Virus record (IMG/VR): IMGVR_UViG_3300012931_000018
Coordinates: 1-64,000 of that record
DNA: 64,000 nucleotides
Origin: a virus
Strand: one strand, 5' to 3'
Shown here: positions 48,566 to 57,660 of the stretch, piece after piece
How positions within the stretch are numbered: position 1 is the first letter of the stretch
Layout: each line of letters begins with the position of its first letter
Notes under the pieces: generated by a model
The model's database searches: none
What the model was told of the DNA's origin: nothing
What the model saw: the letters and a program-made list of their open reading frames with translations, nothing else
Translations under genes and position numbers: made by a program

Positions 48566-50675
48566 AAAAATTCTTAATGAAAAAAAAGAACATCAAACTA
48601 AAACTATATCCATAAGAAGTGATGAAAAATATATTCATCTAACTATTAATAAAGAATTTTTAACCACAAAAAATAATTTTGAAATTTATCAAAGCATAAT
48701 GCTTGCAACATCTCCAATATTTACTAATGAAAATAAAGTCTTATTTAATAATAGAATAACTGCGGTTCCAAATAAATCTATTACCAAAAAATTATTCCCT
48801 CATATAGCATTTTTTATAGAAAATAAATCTCATTATACAGGTGGTAGATATTCAATGTGGCAACAAGCTGTATTGCTTTCTAATGTTGCTGATGTCACTA
48901 TTGTAACAAATGCAATTCCAAAATTTAGAGATGATTTTAAACCATATGAAACTGATTTTTTAAAAATCATTGTTAACAATAATTATTTGATTGATAATGA
49001 AAATAATGAATTTGATTTGATAATAGGCGTTCCGATAATAGCTGGTGAATTTGCAACTCAATATGCAAAGAAATTTAATTTACCATTATATCTTCAATTA
49101 TTTGAAAGTCCAAATTGGGTCAAACAATTTAGAGATTCATCACCTGATGCTACTGAAGAATTTTGGTCAGGATATAAAGAATGTTTAAAACAAGCTGATA
49201 AAATTTTAGTTCCAAGTATTGAAAGTTCAAATTGGTTAAGAAAATGGGATGAAAAATTTAATGATATTCCTATATCTGTTATTTATCCTTGCATAAATCA
49301 ATTTGCTGCTGATTATGTTAAACTTAATTATGGAAGTAAAAGATGTAAAAATGAAAAAGTTAATCTTGTGATGTCATCAAGAATGACTGATTTCAAATCA
49401 CCTATGGCAATAATAAAAAAACTCAACAAAGATAAATATGCTTTTCATTTTATAGGAAAAGTTTGGGATATAACTAATAAAGGTTTGGAAGAACTGAAAA
49501 ATAAAGGATATGATATAACAGTACATGGAATGATTAATGATGTGGAAAAATTCAAAATATTAGCAGATTGTGATATCCTTATCCACCCGTCTATTTTTGA
49601 AGGTTATGGTATGCCACCGCTTGAGGGTTTTTACGCTAATAGAAGCGTTATAGCGTATGATTTACCCGTTTTGAGGGAAATATACGGGGATAATATAATT
49701 TACGCTAAATTAGGTGATGCTAATGATTTTGCAAATAAAATAGAAAAAGAAAGTGAAAAAATAAAAAATAATGGATGTTATTATGCTGATAGCAATGTAA
49801 TTAAATATGCAACAGTCAAATATAATTTAAGTTGTTTAATGACTGAACTTGATATTCCTAAAATAACTGCCGGTATGATTGTTTATAATGGAATGGATTA
49901 TATAAAGCAATCAATAGGTTCTATTTATAAAAATTTATTTGAATTGATTATTGTTGAAGGTGCTGTTAAAGGTTATACTGATGAAAATAATTATACAAGT
50001 GCTGATGGAACTATTAAATATTTAGAAGAATCTTTATTAAATGATCATATTCATAAAATAAATCTTATCAAGAAAGATAAATTTTGGGAAAATAAAATTG
50101 AAATGCAAAATCATATTGCTGAAAATGTAAATGGTGATTTTTATCTTAAACTTGATCATGATGAAATTTGGAAACCGGAAACTTTAATTGAAGCTATTAA
50201 TGAATTTTATAAAGATAAAAATTTAATAATGCTTAAAATGCCATTTTATCATTTTTGGCTTAACTTCAAAACAATAGCTAAAGATGCTGGTGGTAAATGG
50301 TCAACTTGCCACCCAAGACTTTGGAGATGGAAAAAAAGTTATAAGCATACAATTAGTTTTAATCATTTCATAGATACTGAAAATGGTTTACCAGTTATAT
50401 CTCCATCAAAAGATTTTATTGGAGATCGAATTTATCATTTTGGTTATGTAAGAAAATTAAAAATATTGCAAAATAAAATTCATTATTATTCAAATCGTGG
50501 AATTGAAAAATTTGTTCAAGATACAGTTACAGATTATTCTGATGGTAAACCTACTCAACCAACACAAAAAGTAGAATCATGGGCAATTGATTTTGAAGGA
50601 ACACTTCCAAAAATATTAGATAATCACCCATATAAATCTTTATTAGACATTAGAAAATATCAAGATGAGGAATAG
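48552..50675 (+). CDS. bifunctional glycosyltransferase (GT4-like GT-B plus GT2-like GT-A)
   Basis: DILIHPSIFEGYGMPPLEG; ITAGMIVYNG...SADGT...LKLDHDE. Confidence 0.9.
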   Translation: MDTGKKILNEKKEHQTKTISIRSDEKYIHLTINKEFLTTKNNFEIYQSIMLATSPIFTNENKVLFNNRITAVPNKSITKKLFPHIAFFIENKSHYTGGRYSMWQQAVLLSNVADVTIVTNAIPKFRDDFKPYETDFLKIIVNNNYLIDNENNEFDLIIGVPIIAGEFATQYAKKFNLPLYLQLFESPNWVKQFRDSSPDATEEFWSGYKECLKQADKILVPSIESSNWLRKWDEKFNDIPISVIYPCINQFAADYVKLNYGSKRCKNEKVNLVMSSRMTDFKSPMAIIKKLNKDKYAFHFIGKVWDITNKGLEELKNKGYDITVHGMINDVEKFKILADCDILIHPSIFEGYGMPPLEGFYANRSVIAYDLPVLREIYGDNIIYAKLGDANDFANKIEKESEKIKNNGCYYADSNVIKYATVKYNLSCLMTELDIPKITAGMIVYNGMDYIKQSIGSIYKNLFELIIVEGAVKGYTDENNYTSADGTIKYLEESLLNDHIHKINLIKKDKFWENKIEMQNHIAENVNGDFYLKLDHDEIWKPETLIEAINEFYKDKNLIMLKMPFYHFWLNFKTIAKDAGGKWSTCHPRLWRWKKSYKHTISFNHFIDTENGLPVISPSKDFIGDRIYHFGYVRKLKILQNKIHYYSNRGIEKFVQDTVTDYSDGKPTQPTQKVESWAIDFEGTLPKILDNHPYKSLLDIRKYQDEE

Positions 50676-52364
50676 ATGGATAACTTAAATTCAAAAAATA
50701 TTCTTAATGGAAGACCTAAATATATTGAAAATATTGAAAATGATATTGAATCGTTTACAGGCAATATAAATTTATTCATTTCATGGTATAATGAAAAAGA
50801 TGAAAATAGAAAAAAAGAATTTATTAATTGTTTGTTAAAAAATATTTCAAATCGATATATAAACAAAATATATTTATTTGTTGAAAATAATTGTGAATGT
50901 GATTTTATAGAAGATAAAATTGAAAAAATATTTATCGATAAAAGAATAACATATTTAGATGCCTTTACATTTATAAATTCAATAACAAATAAAAATGATA
51001 TTAATATTTTATCTAATACTGATATTTATTTCGATGAAACTATAAAATTTGTATTTAACAAAATTGATTCTAATAAAGTTTTTTGTTTAACAAGATGGGA
51101 TATATTATCTAATGGTAAAATTGAATTTCACAATAGGCGTGATAGTCAAGATGCTTGGATATTTTATGGGAGTATAAAAAATAATATTCAATGCAATTTT
51201 AATTTAGGAATTCCTGGATGTGATAATAAGATAGCATATGAATTAGAAAAATCTGGATATTCTATTTTTAATCCAAGTTTATCTATTAAAATATTGCATA
51301 TCCATACAAGTAATATAAGAAATTATTCAAATAACACTCCAAAACTTTCAAGACCTTATCAGTTTATTTCACCTTGTACAATTGATTCTATAAAAAGTAA
51401 TAGAAAAAAGATATTGCATATAGGTCTGAATTTTGAAGGTCAACAAACTTTGACTAAAGCACTTAAAATGATGGGTGAATATATTTATATAAATTGGAGA
51501 AAAAAAGTTGATGAAATAGGTATTATAAATTTTAATAAATTTTTAATTCAAGCTATTAGAAATATAGAACCTGATTTTGTTTTTATGCAAATACAAACGC
51601 CGGATATAATATTACCAGCATCAATAATCAAAATAAATGAATTTAATAAAGTTCCAATATTAAATTGGAATGGAGATATCAGAAAACAAACTCCATTATG
51701 GATGTTAGAATTGGCAAAAGTAAGTGATAATATTCATACAGCTTTTACAAATGGTAGGGATATTAAAACATTCAAAATGAATGGCATTAATAATGTTCAT
51801 TATATACAAATTGGTTTCGAAGAAAATATTTATAATGCTGATGTTAAGCCAATGCAAAATGTACCAAAAATAATTTTTACTGGTTCATATTATGGTGATC
51901 ATTTTCCTTTATCTGAATTAAGATTAGAAATGTTTAATAAATTGAAAAGTTCATTTGGTTCTAATTTTATGGCATATGGTGGAAATTGGAAAAAAATGGG
52001 TGGTAACGATTCTTTGACTCCAAAAGATACTGCATCATTATATAAAGGTGCAGAAATAATAATATCCGTTAATAATATAAATGCTTTCAGATATACATCG
52101 GATAGATTGCTTAATATACTTGGAACAAATTCATTTTGTTTGGCTAATTATGTGGATGGTTTGAATTTGGATTTTCAAAATAATAAGCATTTAGTTTATT
52201 GGAATAATATTGATGAACTTATTGATTTGATAAAAGAATATTCTAAAAGTGAAAATAAAAATAAAAGACAAGAAATTGCATACAATGGTATGACTGAAGT
52301 TTGGTCAAATCATAGATGGCTTAATCGTATTGAACAAATGAAAACTGAAATATTGAAATGGTAA
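50676..52364 (+). CDS. two-domain glycosyltransferase (GT-A-like plus CgeB-like GT-B)
   Basis: LSNTDIYFD...SQDAWIF...GCDN; IIFTGS...SDRLLNILG...HRWLNR. Confidence 0.8.
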   Translation: MDNLNSKNILNGRPKYIENIENDIESFTGNINLFISWYNEKDENRKKEFINCLLKNISNRYINKIYLFVENNCECDFIEDKIEKIFIDKRITYLDAFTFINSITNKNDINILSNTDIYFDETIKFVFNKIDSNKVFCLTRWDILSNGKIEFHNRRDSQDAWIFYGSIKNNIQCNFNLGIPGCDNKIAYELEKSGYSIFNPSLSIKILHIHTSNIRNYSNNTPKLSRPYQFISPCTIDSIKSNRKKILHIGLNFEGQQTLTKALKMMGEYIYINWRKKVDEIGIINFNKFLIQAIRNIEPDFVFMQIQTPDIILPASIIKINEFNKVPILNWNGDIRKQTPLWMLELAKVSDNIHTAFTNGRDIKTFKMNGINNVHYIQIGFEENIYNADVKPMQNVPKIIFTGSYYGDHFPLSELRLEMFNKLKSSFGSNFMAYGGNWKKMGGNDSLTPKDTASLYKGAEIIISVNNINAFRYTSDRLLNILGTNSFCLANYVDGLNLDFQNNKHLVYWNNIDELIDLIKEYSKSENKNKRQEIAYNGMTEVWSNHRWLNRIEQMKTEILKW

Positions 52365-53170
52365 ATTATAGGAAAATTGTTATGAATGAAAATAGAATAA
52401 ATGTGTTTCATCATCAATCACCTAACTTTGGTGATTATATTGCTTTGGAAATAGTTAAAAGATTAAGTGGCAAGAATGTGAAAAGTATAAATCAAAATGA
52501 TTCTGAATTTATGCAAGAACACTATGTAACAACAGGAAGTATATTAACTCAAATAAATGAACATTCGATAGTATGGGGCACTGGATTAGCATTTTATTCA
52601 GATAAATTTATCAAAGCAAAAGAATTTCGTGCAGTCAGAGGTAAACTATCATTAATAAAAGTAAATGAATTAGGAATTGCTTGTCAAGTATGTGGTGACC
52701 CTGTTTTATTAACGCCGGAACTTTATAAAATATCTAAAATAGAAACAAGATATAAACTTGGTATAATACCACATTGGATAGATTATTATTCAGCAATGCT
52801 TGCATATAGAGATTGTGATGATGTATTAATAATTGATATTCTTAAAAAGCCGGAATTGATAATTGAAGATTTATTAACTTGTGAAAAAACAATATCAAGT
52901 TCATTACATGGTATTATTTTATCTCATTCATATGGCATACCTTGTCTTTGGGTAAAATTTTCAGATAAAATAATAGGTGATGATTTTAAATATCATGATT
53001 ATTTTACATCTGTTAATATTCCTATTTATAATGCTTTAGATTTGACACTTAAACAACCAATTGAAAATATAATATCTAAAATAATTAATTATGATATAGT
53101 TTTCAATAAAAAAGAATTTTTAATGTCATGTCCATTTTTATCTGATGAATGGAAAAACAAAATAAAATAA
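52358..53170 (+). CDS. polysaccharide pyruvyl transferase family protein (ExoV-like)
   Basis: NFGD; GSIL; VWGTG; AVRG; GDP; IIPH; SSSLHG; FKYHDY. Confidence 0.88.
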   Translation: MVNYRKIVMNENRINVFHHQSPNFGDYIALEIVKRLSGKNVKSINQNDSEFMQEHYVTTGSILTQINEHSIVWGTGLAFYSDKFIKAKEFRAVRGKLSLIKVNELGIACQVCGDPVLLTPELYKISKIETRYKLGIIPHWIDYYSAMLAYRDCDDVLIIDILKKPELIIEDLLTCEKTISSSLHGIILSHSYGIPCLWVKFSDKIIGDDFKYHDYFTSVNIPIYNALDLTLKQPIENIISKIINYDIVFNKKEFLMSCPFLSDEWKNKIK

Positions 53171-53183
53171 CTTGGAGAATATT

Positions 53184-53762
53184 ATGGATGCTTTTAACAG
53201 AGATTCATTTATTAAAAAAGAATTAGGAACATTGATTGGAAAATTTGGAATAAAAACTATAATAGAAACCGGAACATATCTTGGTCAAACTACTGAGGAA
53301 TTTTCAAAAATTGTTGATAATGTTTTAACAATAGAAATTAATGAAAGTTATTATGCATCATCTAAAAGCAAATTAAAAAAATATCCTAATGTTAAATGTT
53401 TGCTTGGCAGTTCACCAAATAAAATGTCAGAAATATTAAGTGCATCTGAATTAAACAAACCTGTTTTATTTTATCTTGATGCACATTGGGGAAACTATAA
53501 TCCATTAATTGATGAATTAAAAAGAATTTCATTGCATAAAATGAAGTGTTCAGTAATAGCAATTCATGATTTTAAAGTTCCTAATAAAGATTTTGGTTAT
53601 GATAATTTCCCAAATGGTGAACCATATTCTTTTGAAATTATTAAAAGTGAGATTGAAAATATCTATGGTAAAGATGGATATGAATATAAATATAATGATG
53701 TAGCAGAAGGTGCTTGTAGAGGAATAATTTATATTTATCCAAAAAAAATAAGGATATATTGA
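53184..53762 (+). CDS. class I SAM-dependent methyltransferase
   Basis: IETGTYLG; TIE; GSS; FYLDAH; IHD. Confidence 0.82.
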   Translation: MDAFNRDSFIKKELGTLIGKFGIKTIIETGTYLGQTTEEFSKIVDNVLTIEINESYYASSKSKLKKYPNVKCLLGSSPNKMSEILSASELNKPVLFYLDAHWGNYNPLIDELKRISLHKMKCSVIAIHDFKVPNKDFGYDNFPNGEPYSFEIIKSEIENIYGKDGYEYKYNDVAEGACRGIIYIYPKKIRIY

Positions 53763-53763
53763 A

Positions 53764-54312
53764 ATGAAAAATAATAACACAGGATTGAGATTTAAATTTT
53801 TCTTTAAAGGTGAAAACCAAAAAGATTATAATTGGATGGATTCTGAATTCATTCGACAATTAAGAAGTAATATAAATGTAAATAAATTTTTATTTCAAAC
53901 TAAAAATATTACAAAAATAGAACAAGAATATTGGTGGGAGCATGAATATAGTAAAAATGAAAATTGGAAAATATGGATTATATATGATGAAAAAATTGAA
54001 TGCCCTATCGGCTATATAAATATGCATATCGATAGTATTGCTCATCGGAGATGTCAAGTTGATTATATTATATCGCCTGATTTTGATGAAATGAAATATG
54101 AAACTAAAATAATTAAATGGATGATAAATTCTGCTAAAAAAATTGAAATAGATATTCATAAAATATGGTTATATGTTTTCCCTGAAAATGAAAGAAAGAT
54201 AGAATTGTTAAATAAAAAATTTGGATTTGAAATTGATGGCATTATTAGAGATCATGTTTATAAAGATGGGAAATTTAGAAGTGTATATTTAATGAGTCTT
54301 TTAGTTTCTTAA
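53764..54312 (+). CDS. GNAT N-acetyltransferase (RimJ/PseH-like)
   Basis: IRQLR...ITKIEQEYWW...HKIWLYVFPENER...FGFEIDG. Confidence 0.8.
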   Translation: MKNNNTGLRFKFFFKGENQKDYNWMDSEFIRQLRSNINVNKFLFQTKNITKIEQEYWWEHEYSKNENWKIWIIYDEKIECPIGYINMHIDSIAHRRCQVDYIISPDFDEMKYETKIIKWMINSAKKIEIDIHKIWLYVFPENERKIELLNKKFGFEIDGIIRDHVYKDGKFRSVYLMSLLVS

Positions 54313-54393
54313 AAGGTATTAAATGTGAAAGTAATTTCTGAAAATATAAACCTATAATTATATTTTAATCAGTTAATAAAAGGAAAATATAAG

Positions 54394-54993
54394 ATGGCGG
54401 TAACATTTTATGGAAGCGCTGAAAAAGCAGCAGACCTTGCTGGCGTTGATGAAACTGAAATAACAGATGAAATGATAGAGGCAATAAATTCTGTTATAGA
54501 TTCTGAAATCAGAACAGAAGGATTTACAAAAAAAGAAGTAACAGAATATTATGATATCAATGATAATAATAAAAAACAATTGATGTTAAAAAAATATCCT
54601 GTTATTATTAATACACTTGAAATAACTGATAATTGTGATGATGAAAGTTCAGGTATTGTTGATTCAGATAATTATAAAATAGATTTAGAAACTGGTATTG
54701 TTCAATTCAAATCTACTGTTGCTGCATTAACAAAAGGTTTTAAAACAGTTAAAGCGAAATATAGTCATGGTTTTGATACAGTACCTGCAATAATTATAGA
54801 ATTGGCAACATTATTGATGGCTAAATATGCAAAAGTAAAAGATCAAAATGGAGATGCTGATGGATTGGCAAGTTTCAGTGCTGGTAATTATAATGAAAGA
54901 AGGGATTTGCAATTTTTAAATGTAAATTCTGAATTCGATTCTATGATAAAAAAATTAACTGATAAAGCAAAAATACTTTATTATTTAGAATAA
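54394..54993 (+). CDS. head-tail adaptor/connector
   Basis: LKKYPV...IDLETG...YSHGFDTVPA; position. Confidence 0.75.
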   Translation: MAVTFYGSAEKAADLAGVDETEITDEMIEAINSVIDSEIRTEGFTKKEVTEYYDINDNNKKQLMLKKYPVIINTLEITDNCDDESSGIVDSDNYKIDLETGIVQFKSTVAALTKGFKTVKAKYSHGFDTVPAIIIELATLLMAKYAKVKDQNGDADGLASFSAGNYNERRDLQFLNVNSEFDSMIKKLTDKAKILYYLE

Positions 54994-54995
54994 TA

Positions 54996-55361
54996 ATGAA
55001 ACCTATTAGATTAAAAATATTGAATAAAAGAGTTACAATAGTATCTATTGGGAATACTATTGGATCAACAGGTTCTGTTAGTGGTGGAGATACTACTGTA
55101 TATAGCAATTTACCAATTAGAATAACAAAAGCTAAAGGTGATAACAATGTAAAAGATTTAGGCATTTCGGCTTCGAGTAATTATCTTGGTTTTATTCAAT
55201 GTGAATTAACTATAAATAATGTTGTGACTACAATTGTTATTAAAACAGGTTATATAGTTATTGATGGTTCTGTTAGATATAAAGTTGATTATGTAGATAG
55301 TGCCCCAGGTGGTCTTGAAGGACACCATCAAGAATTATATATGTCAACATTAGGAAAATAA
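54996..55361 (+). CDS. head closure (stopper) protein
   Basis: Size and position; HHQELY. Confidence 0.65.
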   Translation: MKPIRLKILNKRVTIVSIGNTIGSTGSVSGGDTTVYSNLPIRITKAKGDNNVKDLGISASSNYLGFIQCELTINNVVTTIVIKTGYIVIDGSVRYKVDYVDSAPGGLEGHHQELYMSTLGK

Positions 55362-55362
55362 A

Positions 55363-55791
55363 ATGGCAACTTTTACTGGAAAAGCTAATGCAAGATTTGG
55401 TTTTTATGTAGTTAATCCTAATTCTGCATTTAATAAATTATTATCATATTCAAAAAAAGTAATTGAACCAGCATTATTTATAGGATTCAAAAAAGCATTA
55501 TATGTTATAGAACGTGAAGCAGTTAGATTAATAAATCAAGGTTATTATAAACCAGCAGTTGATACAGGTCATATGAGACGTTCTGTAACATCGAAAATTC
55601 TTTATTCAACTCATAGAGAAATAGCTGGTGCTGTTGGTGTAATTGATACAAGTTATACTATTTATGTTCATGAAGGGACTTATAAAATGGAAAAGCGTCC
55701 TTTCTTGACTGATGCAGTTGAAAATAAAAAAGAAGAAATAATTGATTTATTTAGAGGAATTATAAAGACTGCTATCAAGGTGAAAAAATGA
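55363..55791 (+). CDS. HK97 gp10-like neck/tail completion protein
   Basis: AVDTGHMRRSV...YVHEGTYKMEKRPFL. Confidence 0.8.
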   Translation: MATFTGKANARFGFYVVNPNSAFNKLLSYSKKVIEPALFIGFKKALYVIEREAVRLINQGYYKPAVDTGHMRRSVTSKILYSTHREIAGAVGVIDTSYTIYVHEGTYKMEKRPFLTDAVENKKEEIIDLFRGIIKTAIKVKK

Positions 55792-56270
55792 ATCAAAATT
55801 ATGCAAAAGAAAATGTTATTTTAGAAGCTATAAGGACAATATTGGTTGGTGATAATGCTATATTAACAACTCAGGTGAAATCAATACACCAATATTGTGA
55901 AGATAGAATAATAAAGAAGACAGCATTTACTGAACCACCAGGCAATACATTAATAATGATGGAAATTATTCGTAGAGGTGGTCAAGATGGAATTCCATCA
56001 AGTAATTGGTTCTTAACTATAACAGCAGTTATACCAATGGATTCATTAAATGCTCAAGACATTGTAGTTGAGATGGCATCGAGAATAGAATTCTTATTAA
56101 ATAGAAAACCTGCTAATCTAAATTCTGTTGTTAGCTCAACAAAATATTTAAGATGCCGATATATAAATCATATTGGGACAATACCTGTTGATGATGATGT
56201 AAAAAAACTTTATAAAAGAGATGTTACATTTGATATTATTGTAGATGATGAAATAATGAAACTTAATTAA
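55788..56270 (+). CDS. tail terminator (putative)
   Basis: ILEAIRTIL N-terminus; directly precedes the tail tube gene. Confidence 0.6.
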   Translation: MNQNYAKENVILEAIRTILVGDNAILTTQVKSIHQYCEDRIIKKTAFTEPPGNTLIMMEIIRRGGQDGIPSSNWFLTITAVIPMDSLNAQDIVVEMASRIEFLLNRKPANLNSVVSSTKYLRCRYINHIGTIPVDDDVKKLYKRDVTFDIIVDDEIMKLN

Positions 56271-56307
56271 TTTATTAAAACAAACATTAAATAATGTGAG
56301 GTAGAAA

Positions 56308-56760
56308 ATGGCAGTTCAATTTGGTATGGCAACAATGGTTATGGGTGGAGTTGAAATAGGGTGCTTACAAAACGTAAGTATTGATTTTAGCTTCGATACA
56401 GCGGAATTATTTTGTGGTTCTGCATTATATCCAAAAGATGTAAGAACTCATACAGCACATATTACAGGTAATGCAGAATATGCTGAAATAACCGCCGTTG
56501 GATTGGAAAAAATTCTTGGAGCAACAAGAACTGGTAGTTCATTGGCATTAGATAATACTAATGCACCACAAAAATTTCAATTGGTTACTTCTTTAATAAC
56601 CGATGGAATTACTTTTTCAATAACATTTAAGAAAGTTCAATCAACTAAATTATCATTAGCATTTGCAAGAGATGGACACTTAATTCCTAATTTTGATTTT
56701 CAAGTTCAATCTGATACAGATGGTAGTGTTGCTACAATTGAAGTTGGTGATGTATCTTAA
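56308..56760 (+). CDS. major tail (tube) protein
   Basis: IGCLQNVSIDFSFDTAELF; beta-rich; precedes chaperone and TMP. Confidence 0.75.
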   Translation: MAVQFGMATMVMGGVEIGCLQNVSIDFSFDTAELFCGSALYPKDVRTHTAHITGNAEYAEITAVGLEKILGATRTGSSLALDNTNAPQKFQLVTSLITDGITFSITFKKVQSTKLSLAFARDGHLIPNFDFQVQSDTDGSVATIEVGDVS

Positions 56761-56785
56761 TAATAATTTAGCTATATGCTGATCT

Positions 56786-56876
56786 ATGCACTGGCTTAAA
56801 TGAAATCAGTTTCCTGTGTCTGAGAGTAGTTTAAGTCAGTTGCATTAATTTATATTAACACAGGAATCACAGGAAA
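56786..56876 (+). ncRNA. candidate structured RNA: hairpin with UUUCCUGUGU loop plus two downstream complementary boxes
   Basis: Outer stem 56786-56800/56830-56845; inner TCAG/CTGA; loop 56810-56819; ACACAGGAA at 56858 and CACAGGAAA at 56868. Confidence 0.55.
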
Positions 56877-56893
56877 ATATTATTGAGGTTAAT

Positions 56894-57331
56894 ATGTCTA
56901 ACAGTGAAAAAACTCCAGCAGCATTTATCGAAGATCAAGAACAAAAGGTTAAAAATATTCTTGGCTATGGTCAAAAATTAAAAGTATTTATAGGGAAAAA
57001 TGAAAAAAATGAAGATGAATTCAAAGAATATCATTTTTGTCCAGTTTCATTATCGGATATTCCTGACTTAACTAAATCATTAAATGAATTTGGTAAGACT
57101 GCTAAAAATAAAAATTGGACAAAAGAATCATTAGAAACTGTTGCTAAAATTATTCAACTTAGTCTTAAAAGAGCACATGGTGAAATCCAAATTGATACAT
57201 TATTAAATGAATTTGATTTTGGATCATTAGCTAAAGCAGTTAGAATAGCAATAAATGTAAATGATTTTTTATCAGAGATGCAAACAATTCAGCAGACATT
57301 CGAAACCATGGACAAAATGGACAAGAAGTAG
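56894..57331 (+). CDS. tail assembly chaperone (gpG-like)
   Basis: Between tail tube and TMP; slippery T TTT TTA near its end. Confidence 0.8.
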   Translation: MSNSEKTPAAFIEDQEQKVKNILGYGQKLKVFIGKNEKNEDEFKEYHFCPVSLSDIPDLTKSLNEFGKTAKNKNWTKESLETVAKIIQLSLKRAHGEIQIDTLLNEFDFGSLAKAVRIAINVNDFLSEMQTIQQTFETMDKMDKK

Positions 57332-57660
57332 GGGAACAATTAGATATATATGGAATTGTTGCACTACTTTCTGAAAAAGGATGGACTATTGAATATATAA
57401 TGAACTTAACTTGGGTTCAATTGAATTGTTTGCTTAAAGGAATAGGACAAGTGAATGATATTAGAAGTAAGGAAATTGAAAAGAATAAAAATAAGAATAA
57501 AATAAAAAGTGGTAAAAAAAATAATTCAACACCAGAAATTAATGATGCTATGAGCTTGCTTACATTGCCAGGTTTTAATCTATCTAAACAAGCTAAAGAA
57601 AAGTTGATACAGATAATGAAAGATAGAAAGCAGAAAAAAGAGGAACAGAAAAATGGTTGA
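57265..57660 (+). CDS. tail assembly chaperone -1 frameshift extension (gpGT-like)
   Basis: The -1 frame is open from the slippery site (57265-57271) through 57660; GWTIEYIMNLTWVQL. Confidence 0.8.
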   Translation, partial: FFIRDANNSADIRNHGQNGQEVGEQLDIYGIVALLSEKGWTIEYIMNLTWVQLNCLLKGIGQVNDIRSKEIEKNKNKNKIKSGKKNNSTPEINDAMSLLTLPGFNLSKQAKEKLIQIMKDRKQKKEEQKNG

